Origin: an uncultured Ruficoccus sp.
GTDB lineage: Bacteria > Verrucomicrobiota > Verrucomicrobiia > Opitutales > Cerasicoccaceae
Length of the DNA: 64,000 bases
Direction: 5' to 3'
Assembly: GCA_965140785.1 (NCBI GenBank)
Contig: OZ223518.1
Coordinates: 32,001 to 96,000 of the forward strand
Shown: piece after piece, positions 36,888-47,034 of the stretch
How the letters are laid out: each line of letters begins with the position of its first letter
How positions within the stretch are numbered: position 1 is the stretch's first letter
Notes under the pieces: model-generated
Told to the model about the DNA's origin: nothing
What the model saw: only the letters and a program-made list of their open reading frames with translations
Database searches by the model: none
Made by a program: the position numbers and the translations under genes

Positions 36888-37591
36888 GACGGGAGCCTCC
36901 AGTCGTTGGCGATCAGCTCGGAAAGGGCGGGGGCGTGGTCGGCGTAGGGCGTGGGGTCCTCGACCCCGGCCAGGTGAAAAGCCTCGCGGCGCTCGATGCA
37001 GGTGCCGCAGCGGCCGCAGTGTTTTTCCCCGCCCTGATAGCAGGACCAGGTGTCGGCAAAGGGCACGTCCAGCTCGGCGCCGCGGGCGACGATGTCGGCC
37101 TTGGTCAGCTGGACATAGGGGCGGTGGACGAAGACCTCGTGCCAGTCGGCCATGCGGATGACCTTGTCGAGCGCGTCGGTGAACTCCTCGCGGCAGTCCG
37201 GATAAATCGTATGGTCCCCGGCGTGGGCGGCGTAGGCGACGCAGTCGGCCTTGGTCGAGATGGCCCAGCCGGCGGCCAGGGAGAGCAGGATCATGTTGCG
37301 GTTGGGTACGACGGTCTGCTTCATCGAGTCCTCGGCGTAGTGGCCTTCGGGCACGGCGATGGACGGGTCGGTCAGGCTGCTGCCACCGAGCAGACCGGTT
37401 ACCGAACTGAGGTCGGCCACGCGGTGCTCGATACCCAGGCGCTTACAGATGGCAGCGGCGCAGGTGATCTCCTTGTCGTGGCGCTGGCCGTAGTTGACGC
37501 TGAGGGCGGCCGCTTCGTGGCCGTTTTTCAACAGATCGTATAAGAGGACGGTCGAGTCCAGACCGCCGGAATAAACAACTATCGCTTTCAT
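36881..37591 (-). CDS. queC: 7-cyano-7-deazaguanine synthase
   Basis: SGGLDST, YGQRH, VPNRN, YPDCR, TWSCY...CGRCGTC. Confidence 0.96.
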   Translation of the reverse strand: MKAIVVYSGGLDSTVLLYDLLKNGHEAAALSVNYGQRHDKEITCAAAICKRLGIEHRVADLSSVTGLLGGSSLTDPSIAVPEGHYAEDSMKQTVVPNRNMILLSLAAGWAISTKADCVAYAAHAGDHTIYPDCREEFTDALDKVIRMADWHEVFVHRPYVQLTKADIVARGAELDVPFADTWSCYQGGEKHCGRCGTCIERREAFHLAGVEDPTPYADHAPALSELIANDWRLPSC

Positions 37592-37779
37592 GATGAAATT
37601 CAGTGTGCGGGCGGCGTCATTGCCGTTTCGCCCCTGGGAATTTCTTAGCAGGGTAGGCGCAGCCTATGGCTGGTCCGGCGTGTTAATCAATACCAATCGG
37701 CCGATACCGATGATCGATCCGTCCGAAAAGGCGATGCCGATCCGGGAGTGTGTCCTTGCGGTGGGGGGGCAGGGGCCGG

Positions 37780-38091
37780 TTATTCGGCGAGCGCACCGAT
37801 CAACATTAATGCGCCCAGACAGAGGATTCCTCCGGTGGAGAAAACAATCCCGAGGATGGCGAAGACTTTCTTGCGCCCGGCGATGCAGACCCCGGCAATG
37901 CCCAGGCCGAGCCCGACCAGCATCAGAAACACGGACGCGAAAAGGAACAGCCCGACGATAACGAACTGAATGGAATCATCCCTGTAGTTGGCGCTGGCCA
38001 GGACGACCGATGCCGCCACCATCGCGACGGCCAGCAGGCCGCCGAGTACGGTGATGATGAAGGAAGCGATGCCGAGTCCGGAATGTTTCAT
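37780..38091 (-). CDS. Small 3-TM membrane protein
   Basis: HSGLGIASF...GLGLGIAG...RKKVFAILG. Confidence 0.7.
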   Translation of the reverse strand: MKHSGLGIASFIITVLGGLLAVAMVAASVVLASANYRDDSIQFVIVGLFLFASVFLMLVGLGLGIAGVCIAGRKKVFAILGIVFSTGGILCLGALMLIGALAE

Positions 38092-38141
38092 GGGGTTGGC
38101 GGATACTCTATGTTAAGCCCAATGGGGCGAGCGGAGTCGAT

Positions 38142-38169
38142 AAAAAAGCCCGCCGGAACTCGGCGGGCT
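38142..38169 (-). terminator. Terminator after trxB
   Basis: aaaaaagcccgccg-gaact-cggcgggct. Confidence 0.8.
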
Positions 38170-38197
38170 CGGAATAAGGGAAGAAGTGAGAGTCTGG

Positions 38198-39142
38198 CTA
38201 GACGCCGACGCCGTGAGTGTCGGCCAGGTAGCGCTCCGCCGAGATGGCGGCGCGGCAACCCATGCCGGCGGCGGTGATGGCCTGGCGGTAAACGTGGTCC
38301 GAGCAGTCCCCGGCCACATAGACGCCCTCGACCTCCGTGTGCACGCCGCTGGCGTGGTTGGAGATGATGTAGCCGTCTTCGTCGGTCTGGATTTCGCCGC
38401 CCAGGAAATGCGTGTTGGGAATGTGGCCGATGGCGATGAAGAAGCCCTTGGCCTCGATTTCGGAGACCTCACCGGTTTCGACATTCTTGACGCGCGTGGC
38501 GCGCATGTTGCCGGTTTCGTCGGCCAGGACTTCCTCGGGCACGGTGTTCCAGCGCACCTCGATCTTGTCGTGGTTGATGGCGCGGTCGGCCATGATCTTG
38601 GAAGCGCGGAACTCGTCACGGCGGTGCAGGATGGTGACCTTGCTGGCGAAGCGGGTGAGGAAGAGCGCCTCCTCGCAGGCGGAGTCGCCGCCGCCGACCA
38701 CGATCACCTCCATGCCACGGTAAAAGGCGCCGTCGCAGGTGGCGCAGGTGGTCACGCCCTTGCCGCCGTACATCTCCTGCTCACCGGGGATGCCCAGCAG
38801 GCGCGGGCGGGCGCCGGTGGCGATGATGAGCGTGCGGGTTTCGTAGGTCTTGCCGCCGGCGGCCTTGAGCACCTTGACCTCGCCCTTGAGATCGACCGAT
38901 TCGATAATGTCGTTGGTGTACCTGGTGCCGAAGCGGGCGGCCTGTTTGCGGATGTTATCGGTCAGGGTGTAGCCGTCGATTCCCTCCGGAAAGCCGGGGA
39001 AGTTCTCCACCTCGGAGGTGGTGGTCAATTGGCCGCCGGGCTGGGTGCCCTCGATCACGAGCGGCTCGAGGTTGGCGCGGGCGGCGTAAATGGCGGCGGT
39101 CAGGCCGGCGCAGCCGGTCCCGATGATGATGACATTTTCCAT
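38198..39142 (-). CDS. trxB: Thioredoxin-disulfide reductase
   Basis: [40 protein letters not shown]. Confidence 0.96.
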   Translation of the reverse strand: MENVIIIGTGCAGLTAAIYAARANLEPLVIEGTQPGGQLTTTSEVENFPGFPEGIDGYTLTDNIRKQAARFGTRYTNDIIESVDLKGEVKVLKAAGGKTYETRTLIIATGARPRLLGIPGEQEMYGGKGVTTCATCDGAFYRGMEVIVVGGGDSACEEALFLTRFASKVTILHRRDEFRASKIMADRAINHDKIEVRWNTVPEEVLADETGNMRATRVKNVETGEVSEIEAKGFFIAIGHIPNTHFLGGEIQTDEDGYIISNHASGVHTEVEGVYVAGDCSDHVYRQAITAAGMGCRAAISAERYLADTHGVGV

Positions 39143-39238
39143 GGTGCTGAATAAAGGGCGTTGGGGAAGGGTGTGGGAAGTAAAAACGACAACCCCCCGC
39201 GGAGCATAAGCTCCGCGCATGGGGGAGCCGAAAAACGG

Positions 39239-39865
39239 TTATTTGCTCAGGTACTCGGCCACGCCTTCATGGGTGGCGTTCATGGCTTCCTTGCCCTTTT
39301 CCCAGTTCATCGGGCAAACCTCGCCGACCTCCTCGAAGTGCTGGAGCGCGTCCACCATGCGGATGGCCTCGGCGATGCTGCGGCCCAGGGGCAGGTCGTT
39401 GACGATCTGGTGGCGCACGACGCCTTCCTTGTCGATGAGGAAGAGGCCGCGGTAGGCGACCAGTTCGCCGCTGGCCACGAGGTTGCCCTCTACGTCGATG
39501 TCGTAATCGCCGGTGAGCACGTCATAGGCCGAGGCGATGGTCTTGTTGGTGTCGGCCACGATCGGGTACTCGACGCCCTCGATCCCGCCCTGCTTGCGCG
39601 GGGTGTTGACCCAGGCCCAGTGGCACTGCTCGGTGTCGGTCGAGCAGCCGATGACCTGCACGTTACGCTCCTCGAACTGGCCGAGGGCGTCCTGGAAGGC
39701 GATCAGCTCGGTCGGGCACACGAAGGTGAAGTCCTTCGGGTAGAAGAACAGGATCACGTACTTGTCTCCCAAGTACTGATCGAGCGTGAAGTTTTCCACG
39801 ATCTGGCCCTTGGCACAGGCGGCGGCGTTAAAGTTCGGAGCTTTTTTTCCTACTAGAACTGACAT
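39239..39865 (-). CDS. ahpC: 2-Cys peroxiredoxin AhpC
   Basis: FFYPKDFTFVCPTE, GGI, GEVCP. Confidence 0.93.
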   Translation of the reverse strand: MSVLVGKKAPNFNAAACAKGQIVENFTLDQYLGDKYVILFFYPKDFTFVCPTELIAFQDALGQFEERNVQVIGCSTDTEQCHWAWVNTPRKQGGIEGVEYPIVADTNKTIASAYDVLTGDYDIDVEGNLVASGELVAYRGLFLIDKEGVVRHQIVNDLPLGRSIAEAIRMVDALQHFEEVGEVCPMNWEKGKEAMNATHEGVAEYLSK

Positions 39866-40068
39866 GATAGTATAGGTTTGGTAATTTACCGGCAAGCCGG
39901 GGGCTTGCGAGGCTTTCATGGAAAGCTCCTTGCAGCAGGAGTCAAGCCGGAGACCGGAGAATGGCTATTCTAATCGGTTATGTTGACGATAGGTGTAGCC
40001 TATATTAGGTGGCGGAATGGATTTGTGGTGCCTGTCCTGCAAGGAGGCTGCTGCTCTTGGCGACCCCC

Positions 40069-40101
40069 AAAAGAACAGGCCTCCCGGTGAGGGGAGGCCT
40101 G
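40069..40101 (-). terminator. Terminator after the PEP-CTERM gene
   Basis: caggcctccc-N6-gggaggcctg preceded by an A-rich tract. Confidence 0.65.
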
Positions 40102-40147
40102 CCTGAGTCACCGCGAGAGGGCGGGAACTGTATGGTTATCGCGACTT

Positions 40148-41050
40148 TTAGCCACCGAGGGAGGCACGCCGTCGACGCAGCAACAGGGTGAGGGTGAGTA
40201 CACCGGCTCCGGCCATGAGTGCCCAGGTCGCGGGCTCGGGCACGGGGATCATGGACGTGGTGCCATAGTCGAAGCTGCTCTGGTCGAGCTGAAGGGCGTA
40301 GAGCTGGGCGTGTTCGACGCCGGAGAAGGCGATGGAGAAGCTGGTAATGTCCTCGTAATCGCTCACGTCCCACTGGAAGCCGTACAGGTTGATGTAAATA
40401 TCTTCATCCTGAAGCTCACCTTCTGGACCGGTGGGCATCTCCACACTCCCGTTGTAGGCTGCCAGAATCAGGTCGCTGATGTCGGCCTCGATCGTGGTCG
40501 AGAGGGAATCGCCATAGTTGAGGGTCAGCTGCGGTCCGGCTCCGTTGTAGAAGTCGTAGGTGAAGGTCTCACCGATCTGGACCTGGAAAACGATCGTGCC
40601 CAGATCGAGCACCGGGTTGTCCTCGAACACTGTCAGCGTGCCGCCGAAGGTATTCGGGACATCCCCCATGCCGCCGAAATAGATCGAGTCCCCGGAAGGG
40701 AAGGGGGCGAAGGTCATCCCGCCCGCGCCGTTGGCGGTCTTGTTCAGGGTGGCCGCGTTCGAAGGATTAGAATTCAACTGCGAATCGATCGGGCTGGGCC
40801 AGGGGTTGTTGGCCTGGAAGAACGTCGGGTACCCGGTGTTGCCCGGGATCGTCTCGCTCTCCCCGTGGATGACCTTGGTCTTTTCCGCGGAGCTGAGGTT
40901 GTACCAGCCGTCGTATTTGGTGGTACCTCCCATTTCGACGGCGACAGGCAGCGCGTCGGTGATGCCCGTGTAAGTTTGTGCGTAGCCCGTCACCCCCGCC
41001 AGAAGCGGGAGCGAGCAGACGGCAGACAGTATACGTGTGTGTTTTTTCAT
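40148..41050 (-). CDS. PEP-CTERM sorting-domain surface protein
   Basis: Signal peptide; C-terminal VPEPATWALMAGAG..LLLRRRR. Confidence 0.9.
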   Translation of the reverse strand: MKKHTRILSAVCSLPLLAGVTGYAQTYTGITDALPVAVEMGGTTKYDGWYNLSSAEKTKVIHGESETIPGNTGYPTFFQANNPWPSPIDSQLNSNPSNAATLNKTANGAGGMTFAPFPSGDSIYFGGMGDVPNTFGGTLTVFEDNPVLDLGTIVFQVQIGETFTYDFYNGAGPQLTLNYGDSLSTTIEADISDLILAAYNGSVEMPTGPEGELQDEDIYINLYGFQWDVSDYEDITSFSIAFSGVEHAQLYALQLDQSSFDYGTTSMIPVPEPATWALMAGAGVLTLTLLLRRRRASLGG

Positions 41051-41061
41051 GGTTAGATGTA

Positions 41062-41108
41062 AATGAGATTGACTCTCAATGCAGAATGCAATGAGACTGA
41101 GTGTCAAT
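41062..41108. promoter_or_regulatory. Tandem Fur-like palindromic boxes in the divergent promoter
   Basis: AATGAGATTGACTCTCAAT (41062) and AATGAGACTGAGTGTCAAT (41090). Confidence 0.6.
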
Positions 41109-41161
41109 ATCAATTCTTTTAAAAATATAACCACGGAAAAAAGCTAATATCAGGAAACGCT

Positions 41162-42064
41162 ATGTGCTTGAAAATAAACGAAAACAGACTCGTTAGGGGT
41201 GGCGGGTCTGCGAACACCCAGCCTGCACCCGGGGAGGCGAGGTCAAAAATAGAATCTCAATACCGTCTCAGCAGAGCGGGGCTGTCACTGATGGAGTTGT
41301 TGGTGTGTCTGGGTATCGTGACGGTGCTCTCAACCATCACCTTTGGGGTGATTCATAAGGCGAGCGATTACGCCGCCATGTCCAACGAGCTTTCAGCGGG
41401 GCGGCGGCTGATCGTCGGCTTCCACCTCTATACGCAGGACCACAACGGCCAGTTTATGCCCGGATTGGACCGGACGGTGTCGTCCATCATGTTCCGCGAT
41501 CACCGGGTCAATTTCGCCGAGGCCCCGCACCGGTATCCCTTCCGGTTGGCACCGTACCTGGACTACGAACTGGAGGGGGCGATCTTCGTCAACGGCAACA
41601 AGGAGCAAATCGTGGAGCAATACGGCTCGGCAGGATCGATCTACGACTACATTGTGAGCCTGCAACCGGCACTGGGCATGAACATGTTTTTCGTGGGCGG
41701 TGAGATCGACGGCCAGGGCAACATGATGGCCGATCAACGCACCGAAGTGGTGGCCCGCCAGTCCCAGATGGAGACCTCGCTTATCGTCTTTGCCTCGGCG
41801 GGAGCCAGTTATTCGGTCGGCAGCAATGACAACCAGCTCCTCGGCTACCATGAGGTGACGGCTCCGTACACCTGGTCCCAGATGCCCTGGAAGGAGAGTG
41901 CCAACCCGGCCGACTACGGCAAGGTCGCCGCCCGCCACGGGGGCAAAGCCGTGTGCGTCTTTCTGGATGGTAGTGTCAAGGCGATGACGATCGGGGAACT
42001 GCGGGACATGCGGCTGTGGAGCACGCAAGCGTATCGCCGGAATGATCCCGGCTACGCTCCCTGA
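41162..42064 (+). CDS. Prepilin-type N-terminal methylation protein with C-terminal H-X9-DG motif
   Basis: RAG|LSLMELLVCLGIV and RHGGKAVCVFLDGSV. Confidence 0.88.
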   Translation: MCLKINENRLVRGGGSANTQPAPGEARSKIESQYRLSRAGLSLMELLVCLGIVTVLSTITFGVIHKASDYAAMSNELSAGRRLIVGFHLYTQDHNGQFMPGLDRTVSSIMFRDHRVNFAEAPHRYPFRLAPYLDYELEGAIFVNGNKEQIVEQYGSAGSIYDYIVSLQPALGMNMFFVGGEIDGQGNMMADQRTEVVARQSQMETSLIVFASAGASYSVGSNDNQLLGYHEVTAPYTWSQMPWKESANPADYGKVAARHGGKAVCVFLDGSVKAMTIGELRDMRLWSTQAYRRNDPGYAP

Positions 42065-42078
42065 GGGCGGGAGCCGGA

Positions 42079-43470
42079 CTATTGCCGCAGGCGCTTTTCC
42101 CAGTCCTGGATATTGCGCGAGAGGTAGTCGCGGATTTTTACTTCGCGCTCGATGGTTTCGTTGAAATACGGGTAGTAGCTTTGGATCGGAGTGCCGCCGG
42201 CTTTCAGCGTACGCAGGTAGCGATTGTAGGCGTGATAGGTCTCGTTTTTGATCAGCCCGTTGAGCTGCCGGGAGATAGTGACGCTGATCTGGTTGAGGGA
42301 GTCTCGCCCGATTTGGTTCACAATGGCTTTACGGCGGACCTGCTCGTTGGCGTCGGCAACGATCTGCATCAGGTCAACGTCTGTGCGCCATTCGTCGCTG
42401 TCGGTGTAGAGGAAGATGGCGACGTTCTGGCGTTGACGGGTAAAGTCGTCCAGCTCTTCACTCTGGCGGGAGAACCTGGGCAGCTCGATGCCGTACCACT
42501 TATGGGGCGAGTCCAGGCGATAGCCGAAGTAACGGATGTCGTTCTTGATGGCGGAGCGCTTGTCGTTAAAAGCCTCCTCGTCGAAGAAAGACTCGATCGG
42601 CACCTGCTCGGCGTAGCTGAGCACACCGACGACTTTTCCGTTGGCGATATGGATGATGGGGCTGCCACTGTTGCCCTCATAGACCGGGGCGTCGTGCTCG
42701 ATTTTGGTCGGGCCGATGCCGACGACGTCGCCCTCGGTCCAGACCATGGTGCCGCCGCCTTTGCTGTTGCCGGGGATGACCAGGGCGTCACCCACCTGAA
42801 CCGTGCCGCCGACGTCTGTTTCAAATTCCAGCGCCTTGTCGGCATAGTCACCGCCCTCGGCGAATCGGATGATGCACAGGTCGTGCTCCTCGGCTCCGTA
42901 GATACCGGTCAGCGTCAGCTTGTTGCCGTCGAGGGTGTGGGCTTCGAGCTCATTCAGGCCGTCGCCGTAGCTGTCGGCGGCATCGGCGCAGCCCAGCACG
43001 TGGATGTTGGTCACCAGAAAGGGGATGTCTCGGATTTTGCAGATAAAGCCAGTGCCGGAGCCGTTGTCTCCCTCGATCAGCACAAGGGCGGGCTGGTACA
43101 GGGAACGGTCGTAGCTGAGCTTACCGCCGCTGGCACCGGCCTTTTCCGCCTCGGCTTCGGCCTTTTCCTTTTCGGCGGCTCGCAGGGCGGCCTGGTAGGC
43201 CTCGGGGTAGTGGATTTTCAACCACTCCATCGAGCCAGGTTCGGGTTCTGAGGAGCCCTCCGTATCGTCGGATTTTTTGTTCTGGGGGTCGCCGCTTGTC
43301 GCGTGAGACGGAGGCACGTCGTGCCAATGCCCGCCGCCCGGGCTCAGCCAGGGAGGGGTACTGTCAGCGAGTTGCCGGGCGTCATTGGACCGGCTGAACT
43401 GGGCGTCGGCATAGTAGCCGCCCCCAATGATCAGCCCGACCAAACCGAAGGTAAGAAACAAGACTTTCAT
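42079..43470 (-). CDS. Membrane-anchored/secreted trypsin-like serine protease, no PDZ domain
   Basis: TNIHVL / HDLC / EGNSGSP triad. Confidence 0.85.
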   Translation of the reverse strand: MKVLFLTFGLVGLIIGGGYYADAQFSRSNDARQLADSTPPWLSPGGGHWHDVPPSHATSGDPQNKKSDDTEGSSEPEPGSMEWLKIHYPEAYQAALRAAEKEKAEAEAEKAGASGGKLSYDRSLYQPALVLIEGDNGSGTGFICKIRDIPFLVTNIHVLGCADAADSYGDGLNELEAHTLDGNKLTLTGIYGAEEHDLCIIRFAEGGDYADKALEFETDVGGTVQVGDALVIPGNSKGGGTMVWTEGDVVGIGPTKIEHDAPVYEGNSGSPIIHIANGKVVGVLSYAEQVPIESFFDEEAFNDKRSAIKNDIRYFGYRLDSPHKWYGIELPRFSRQSEELDDFTRQRQNVAIFLYTDSDEWRTDVDLMQIVADANEQVRRKAIVNQIGRDSLNQISVTISRQLNGLIKNETYHAYNRYLRTLKAGGTPIQSYYPYFNETIEREVKIRDYLSRNIQDWEKRLRQ

Positions 43471-43632
43471 GGCGGAAAAAGTTCGTTACTAACGAAGTGT
43501 AGGGGAGCGGCCTTTGGGCGTAAAGTGTATTTACGGAAAATGCCCTATGTTAGCCAGAGATATACATTGCGTGGACTTGCGGGCCCGATTCAAAGCTTGG
43601 AATGCGGACGAGGCCGTCCAATGCTCGATCCC

Positions 43633-44430
43633 ATGGAACTGATCGACAGCCATTGCCACCTGCAACGCTTTTACCAACAGGGAGAACTCGACGCTGTCCT
43701 CGCTCGTGCGGCTGAGGCCGGGGTGGGACGGCTGATCACGATCGGAACCAGCCAGGAGGATTGGCCCCTGTACCGGCAACTGGCCGACGAGCAACCGGAA
43801 CGCATCTTCTGGGCGGCCGGGCTTCACCCTTCAGACGTGGCCGAGGACTGGGAGCAGCAGGTGGAGATGCTCCCGCAATATTGGCAAAGCGGCCCGCCGC
43901 CGGTCGCGGTAGGCGAAATCGGGCTGGACCGATTCCGTCTGCCCAAAGACGCAGCCGAGGCCGCCACGGTCATGGTGCGGCAGGACAAGGCGTTCCGGCG
44001 GCAGTTGGAGTTGGCGGCGGAGCTGAACATGCCCGTGGTCGTGCATTCGCGCCAGGCCTTCGAGGCATGCGTGGCTGTGATCGACGAGGTGAAGTTCCCC
44101 TGGGAGCGTGTGGTCTTTCACTGCTTTGTGGACGGACCCGCGCAAATGCGGTTGCTCAACCGGCACGGGGGGCGCGGCTCTTTCACTGGTATCGTGACTT
44201 ATAAAAGCGCGCCCGAAGTGCGCGAAGCCTGTCGCGAGCAGGGATTGGAGCGCCTGATGGTGGAGACGGACGCTCCCTACCTGGCCCCGGTGCCCCACCG
44301 GGGCAAGCCCTGCGAACCGGTCATGGTACGCGATACGGCGACGCTCATTGCCCAGGAGCTGAGGGTGGAACTGGAAGAGCTGGCCGCCACCACCACGGCC
44401 AACGCGCGCGCTTTCTTTAATCTTCCGTAG
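43633..44430 (+). CDS. tatD: TatD-family nuclease
   Basis: IDSHCHL, GEIGLD, VHSR, FHCF, ETDAPYLAP. Confidence 0.92.
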   Translation: MELIDSHCHLQRFYQQGELDAVLARAAEAGVGRLITIGTSQEDWPLYRQLADEQPERIFWAAGLHPSDVAEDWEQQVEMLPQYWQSGPPPVAVGEIGLDRFRLPKDAAEAATVMVRQDKAFRRQLELAAELNMPVVVHSRQAFEACVAVIDEVKFPWERVVFHCFVDGPAQMRLLNRHGGRGSFTGIVTYKSAPEVREACREQGLERLMVETDAPYLAPVPHRGKPCEPVMVRDTATLIAQELRVELEELAATTTANARAFFNLP

Positions 44431-45067
44431 GCTGCGCCGGTGAATCCGGGGCGGCCTCGTCGGAGGTCTTTTTGAGTACGCCGCGCATGGTGACCAGAGC
44501 GCGGTTATTGCCGACCGCAACTTCCTCGTAGCCCTCGATGATCAGGGTGGAGCCCTCCGGGCCTTCGTCAAAAGTGTCGGTGACTTTGCGCGAAAGCGGA
44601 TCGGTGTCGTCCCCCGGCATCCAACTGATGCGCTTGCCGTCCTCGTTGACCTTGGCCACATAAAAATGCTCGTTACCGTCCTGTTCGGCGATGGAATAAA
44701 TTCGCCCGTTCTCGATGTAGGTCAGCGAACTGGAGGTTGAGAGCGTGCCCTGGGCGGCGAGCACGGCCTGCCCCTTCAGCACGTGATTGCCGTCGATGTC
44801 CGCCCACCAGTACTGCTGCTCGATCTCGATGGTCTGGATAACACGATTCAGGCTGCGGATCTCGAAGTTGCCGACCCAGCGGCCGACGTAGTGCTTGAGT
44901 ACGTCGTTGAGCCTGGCCTCGTCGTCGGGCACGGGCTTGGAGGAGTCGGGATGGGTAACGCTCAGGGGGGCGCTGTCGGCAAGGGCATCGTTGGTCTGGG
45001 CATACAGCGGGCTGACGACAAGCAGCGCGACCGAAAGCGTGGAAACAAAGCGGGTGAGCATACTCAC
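44417..45067 (-). CDS. Hypothetical secreted protein (lipocalin-like beta pattern)
   Basis: Signal peptide; YVGRWVG motif. Confidence 0.6.
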   Translation of the reverse strand: MSMLTRFVSTLSVALLVVSPLYAQTNDALADSAPLSVTHPDSSKPVPDDEARLNDVLKHYVGRWVGNFEIRSLNRVIQTIEIEQQYWWADIDGNHVLKGQAVLAAQGTLSTSSSLTYIENGRIYSIAEQDGNEHFYVAKVNEDGKRISWMPGDDTDPLSRKVTDTFDEGPEGSTLIIEGYEEVAVGNNRALVTMRGVLKKTSDEAAPDSPAQPTED

Positions 45068-45124
45068 AAAATGGGCGAAACTTTGCCGTTGGCAAGCGCG
45101 GGCGGGAAAAGAGATACTTTACCT

Positions 45125-45490
45125 ATGGCCGATGAGGATACCACGCTGGGACAGCTCAAGGGGCGTGTGCAGGCATTCGCACGGGAGCGCGACTGGGAGC
45201 AGTTCCACTCGCCCAAGAACCTGAGCATGGCGCTGGCCGCCGAGGCTGCCGAGCTGATGGAGCACTACCTGTGGGTGGACGCGCCCGGCTCTCAGGCCCG
45301 CAGCGCCGAGCCGGACCGGCGGGCCCGGATCGAGGAGGAACTGGCCGATGTTGTCATCTATGCGCTGGAGTTCGCCAATGTCACCGGCCTGGACCTGAGC
45401 GAGGCCATTCGCCGCAAGATGGCTCGCAACGCTGAAAAGTACCCCGTCGAAAAAGCCCGTGGCCGCGCCGACAAGTACGACGAACTTTAG
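45125..45490 (+). CDS. MazG-like nucleotide pyrophosphohydrolase
   Basis: FARERDWEQFHSPKNL...EAAEL...EELADV...KYP. Confidence 0.92.
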   Translation: MADEDTTLGQLKGRVQAFARERDWEQFHSPKNLSMALAAEAAELMEHYLWVDAPGSQARSAEPDRRARIEEELADVVIYALEFANVTGLDLSEAIRRKMARNAEKYPVEKARGRADKYDEL

Positions 45491-45496
45491 ACCGCG

Positions 45497-45589
45497 TTAC
45501 AGCACGAACGTTACGCACAGCCCCAGGCCGAGCAGGAGGATGAGGACGCTCAGGGCGGTGGCTTCGCGACGGGTCAGGTTGAGCAGCAT
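45497..45589 (-). CDS. Unannotated 30-aa single-TM peptide MLLNLTRREATALSVLILLLGLGLCVTFVL
   Basis: ATG..TAA with strongly host-like GC3 codons. Confidence 0.55.
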   Translation of the reverse strand: MLLNLTRREATALSVLILLLGLGLCVTFVL

Positions 45590-45753
45590 GGCAGGAGAAG
45601 GTTGCGGCTCTTATCCTTACTCAATTCAAATGATAAAACAAGCGCATCCGCGTTTCGTCCTTTGCGCAGACCGTCTCGTGTTCTCTTCGTGCTTTCCGCC
45701 TTTCCTGTTAAACCTATTTTCTAGTGGGGGCGCCCCTTGCGGAGAAATCGCGC

Positions 45754-46995
45754 TCAGACAAAATTGAGCGGCGGAAAGGCGCGGTTGATAACTTTGCCGG
45801 GGTTGGCCTGCATCCACTTCTTGAGCACGGTGGCGTACACCTGTCGGAAGTCGGTGGAGAACTTCAGGTCCTTATTTTTCTCGACGTTGAGGTTCGGGGC
45901 CTGTCCGACGAGTGTGTCGCGCACCCCTGCGCCCATGACGAAGAGCGGCGCGGCGGTGCCATGGTCGGTGCCGCCACTGGCGTTCTCGTTCGGACGGCGC
46001 CCGAACTCGGAGAAGGTCATGGTCAGGACCTGGTCCTGTAGGCCGTGCCGCTCCAGGTCGAACTGAAACGCGGCCAGCGCGCTGGACAGTTCGCCCAGCA
46101 ACTGGCTGTGCTTGTTGGCCTGGTTGGAGTGGGTGTCGTAGCCGCTCTGGCGCACGAAGTAAACGCGCGTCTCCAGCCCGGCTGCAATGAGCGCGGCGAC
46201 CCGCTTGAGCGATTGGGCGAGGGCGTTCCCCTGGTAATCGGCCATGGGCTTGTACTTGCCCAGAACCTGGTTGACGCGGCGCTCGGTCACGATGGCGTCC
46301 ATCAGTGTGTGCTGAAGGTAGCCGGCATTGCCCTCGCTCCCGGCGGTTTCGACGACGCCCTCAAGCAGGTTGATCTCGGTGTCGGCGGATTTGCCGATAC
46401 CACCCCGGGCGGGCATGCCGAAAATGTTGTGCGGGGTATCGGACTGGCAGGACTGGGGCATCTCGTCGCCGATATGGATCGCGTTGGGATCGGGCGAGTC
46501 GGGCCGACCCGCGCACTCGGCATCGAAGTAGCGGCCGATCCAGCCAGTGGTGGCGGTCCGGTTGCTGTCTACGGCGGTTTCCCAGATTTCAGTCGAGCGG
46601 AAGTGACTGCGGTTGGGATTGGGGTAGCCCACGTTCTGGACGATGGAGAGCTGGCCGTTTTTCCACAGCTCGCTCATTTCTCCCATGGCCGGATGCAGGC
46701 CGGTCAGCCCGTTCAGCCGGATGACCTCCTTGGCGGTGAGTCCGATTTTCGGGCGCAGCTTATAGTAGTTGTCATCGGCAAAGGGGATGACCGTGTTGAG
46801 GCCGTCGTTGCCGCCGGCGAGCTGCACCAGGACTAGGATGGTGCGGTCGCGCTCGGCCCCGGGCACCTGGGCGGCGGTGGCACGGGTTATGAAGGCCGGG
46901 ACGAGGCCGCTGAAGGCCAGGAGCCCGAGCCCTCCGGCTGAACTACGCAGGAATTCTCGGCGGGTCAGGGGGAAGCGCGGGAGGGGCTCGTTCAT
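45754..46995 (-). CDS. DUF1501-family protein with Tat signal
   Basis: TRREFL, VQLAGGNDGLN, RSHFRS, YDTH, FSEFGRR...GTDHG. Confidence 0.9.
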   Translation of the reverse strand: MNEPLPRFPLTRREFLRSSAGGLGLLAFSGLVPAFITRATAAQVPGAERDRTILVLVQLAGGNDGLNTVIPFADDNYYKLRPKIGLTAKEVIRLNGLTGLHPAMGEMSELWKNGQLSIVQNVGYPNPNRSHFRSTEIWETAVDSNRTATTGWIGRYFDAECAGRPDSPDPNAIHIGDEMPQSCQSDTPHNIFGMPARGGIGKSADTEINLLEGVVETAGSEGNAGYLQHTLMDAIVTERRVNQVLGKYKPMADYQGNALAQSLKRVAALIAAGLETRVYFVRQSGYDTHSNQANKHSQLLGELSSALAAFQFDLERHGLQDQVLTMTFSEFGRRPNENASGGTDHGTAAPLFVMGAGVRDTLVGQAPNLNVEKNKDLKFSTDFRQVYATVLKKWMQANPGKVINRAFPPLNFV

Positions 46996-47034
46996 GGCTG
47001 GCTGGGGGGCGGAAACTATTTTGTTTAAAAAAGC

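Noticed and set aside
34567..37591. 7-deazaguanine DNA modification (dpd) island
   Set aside because: No dpdA/tgtA5 or other dpd genes; presence of queF points to tRNA queuosine synthesis.
37592..37779. preQ1 riboswitch upstream of queC
   Set aside because: No recognisable preQ1 aptamer, A-rich tail or expression platform.
45125..45490. MazG-like and TatD genes as an anti-phage system
   Set aside because: Host-like composition and housekeeping context with no defence partners; house-cleaning roles are the simpler reading.
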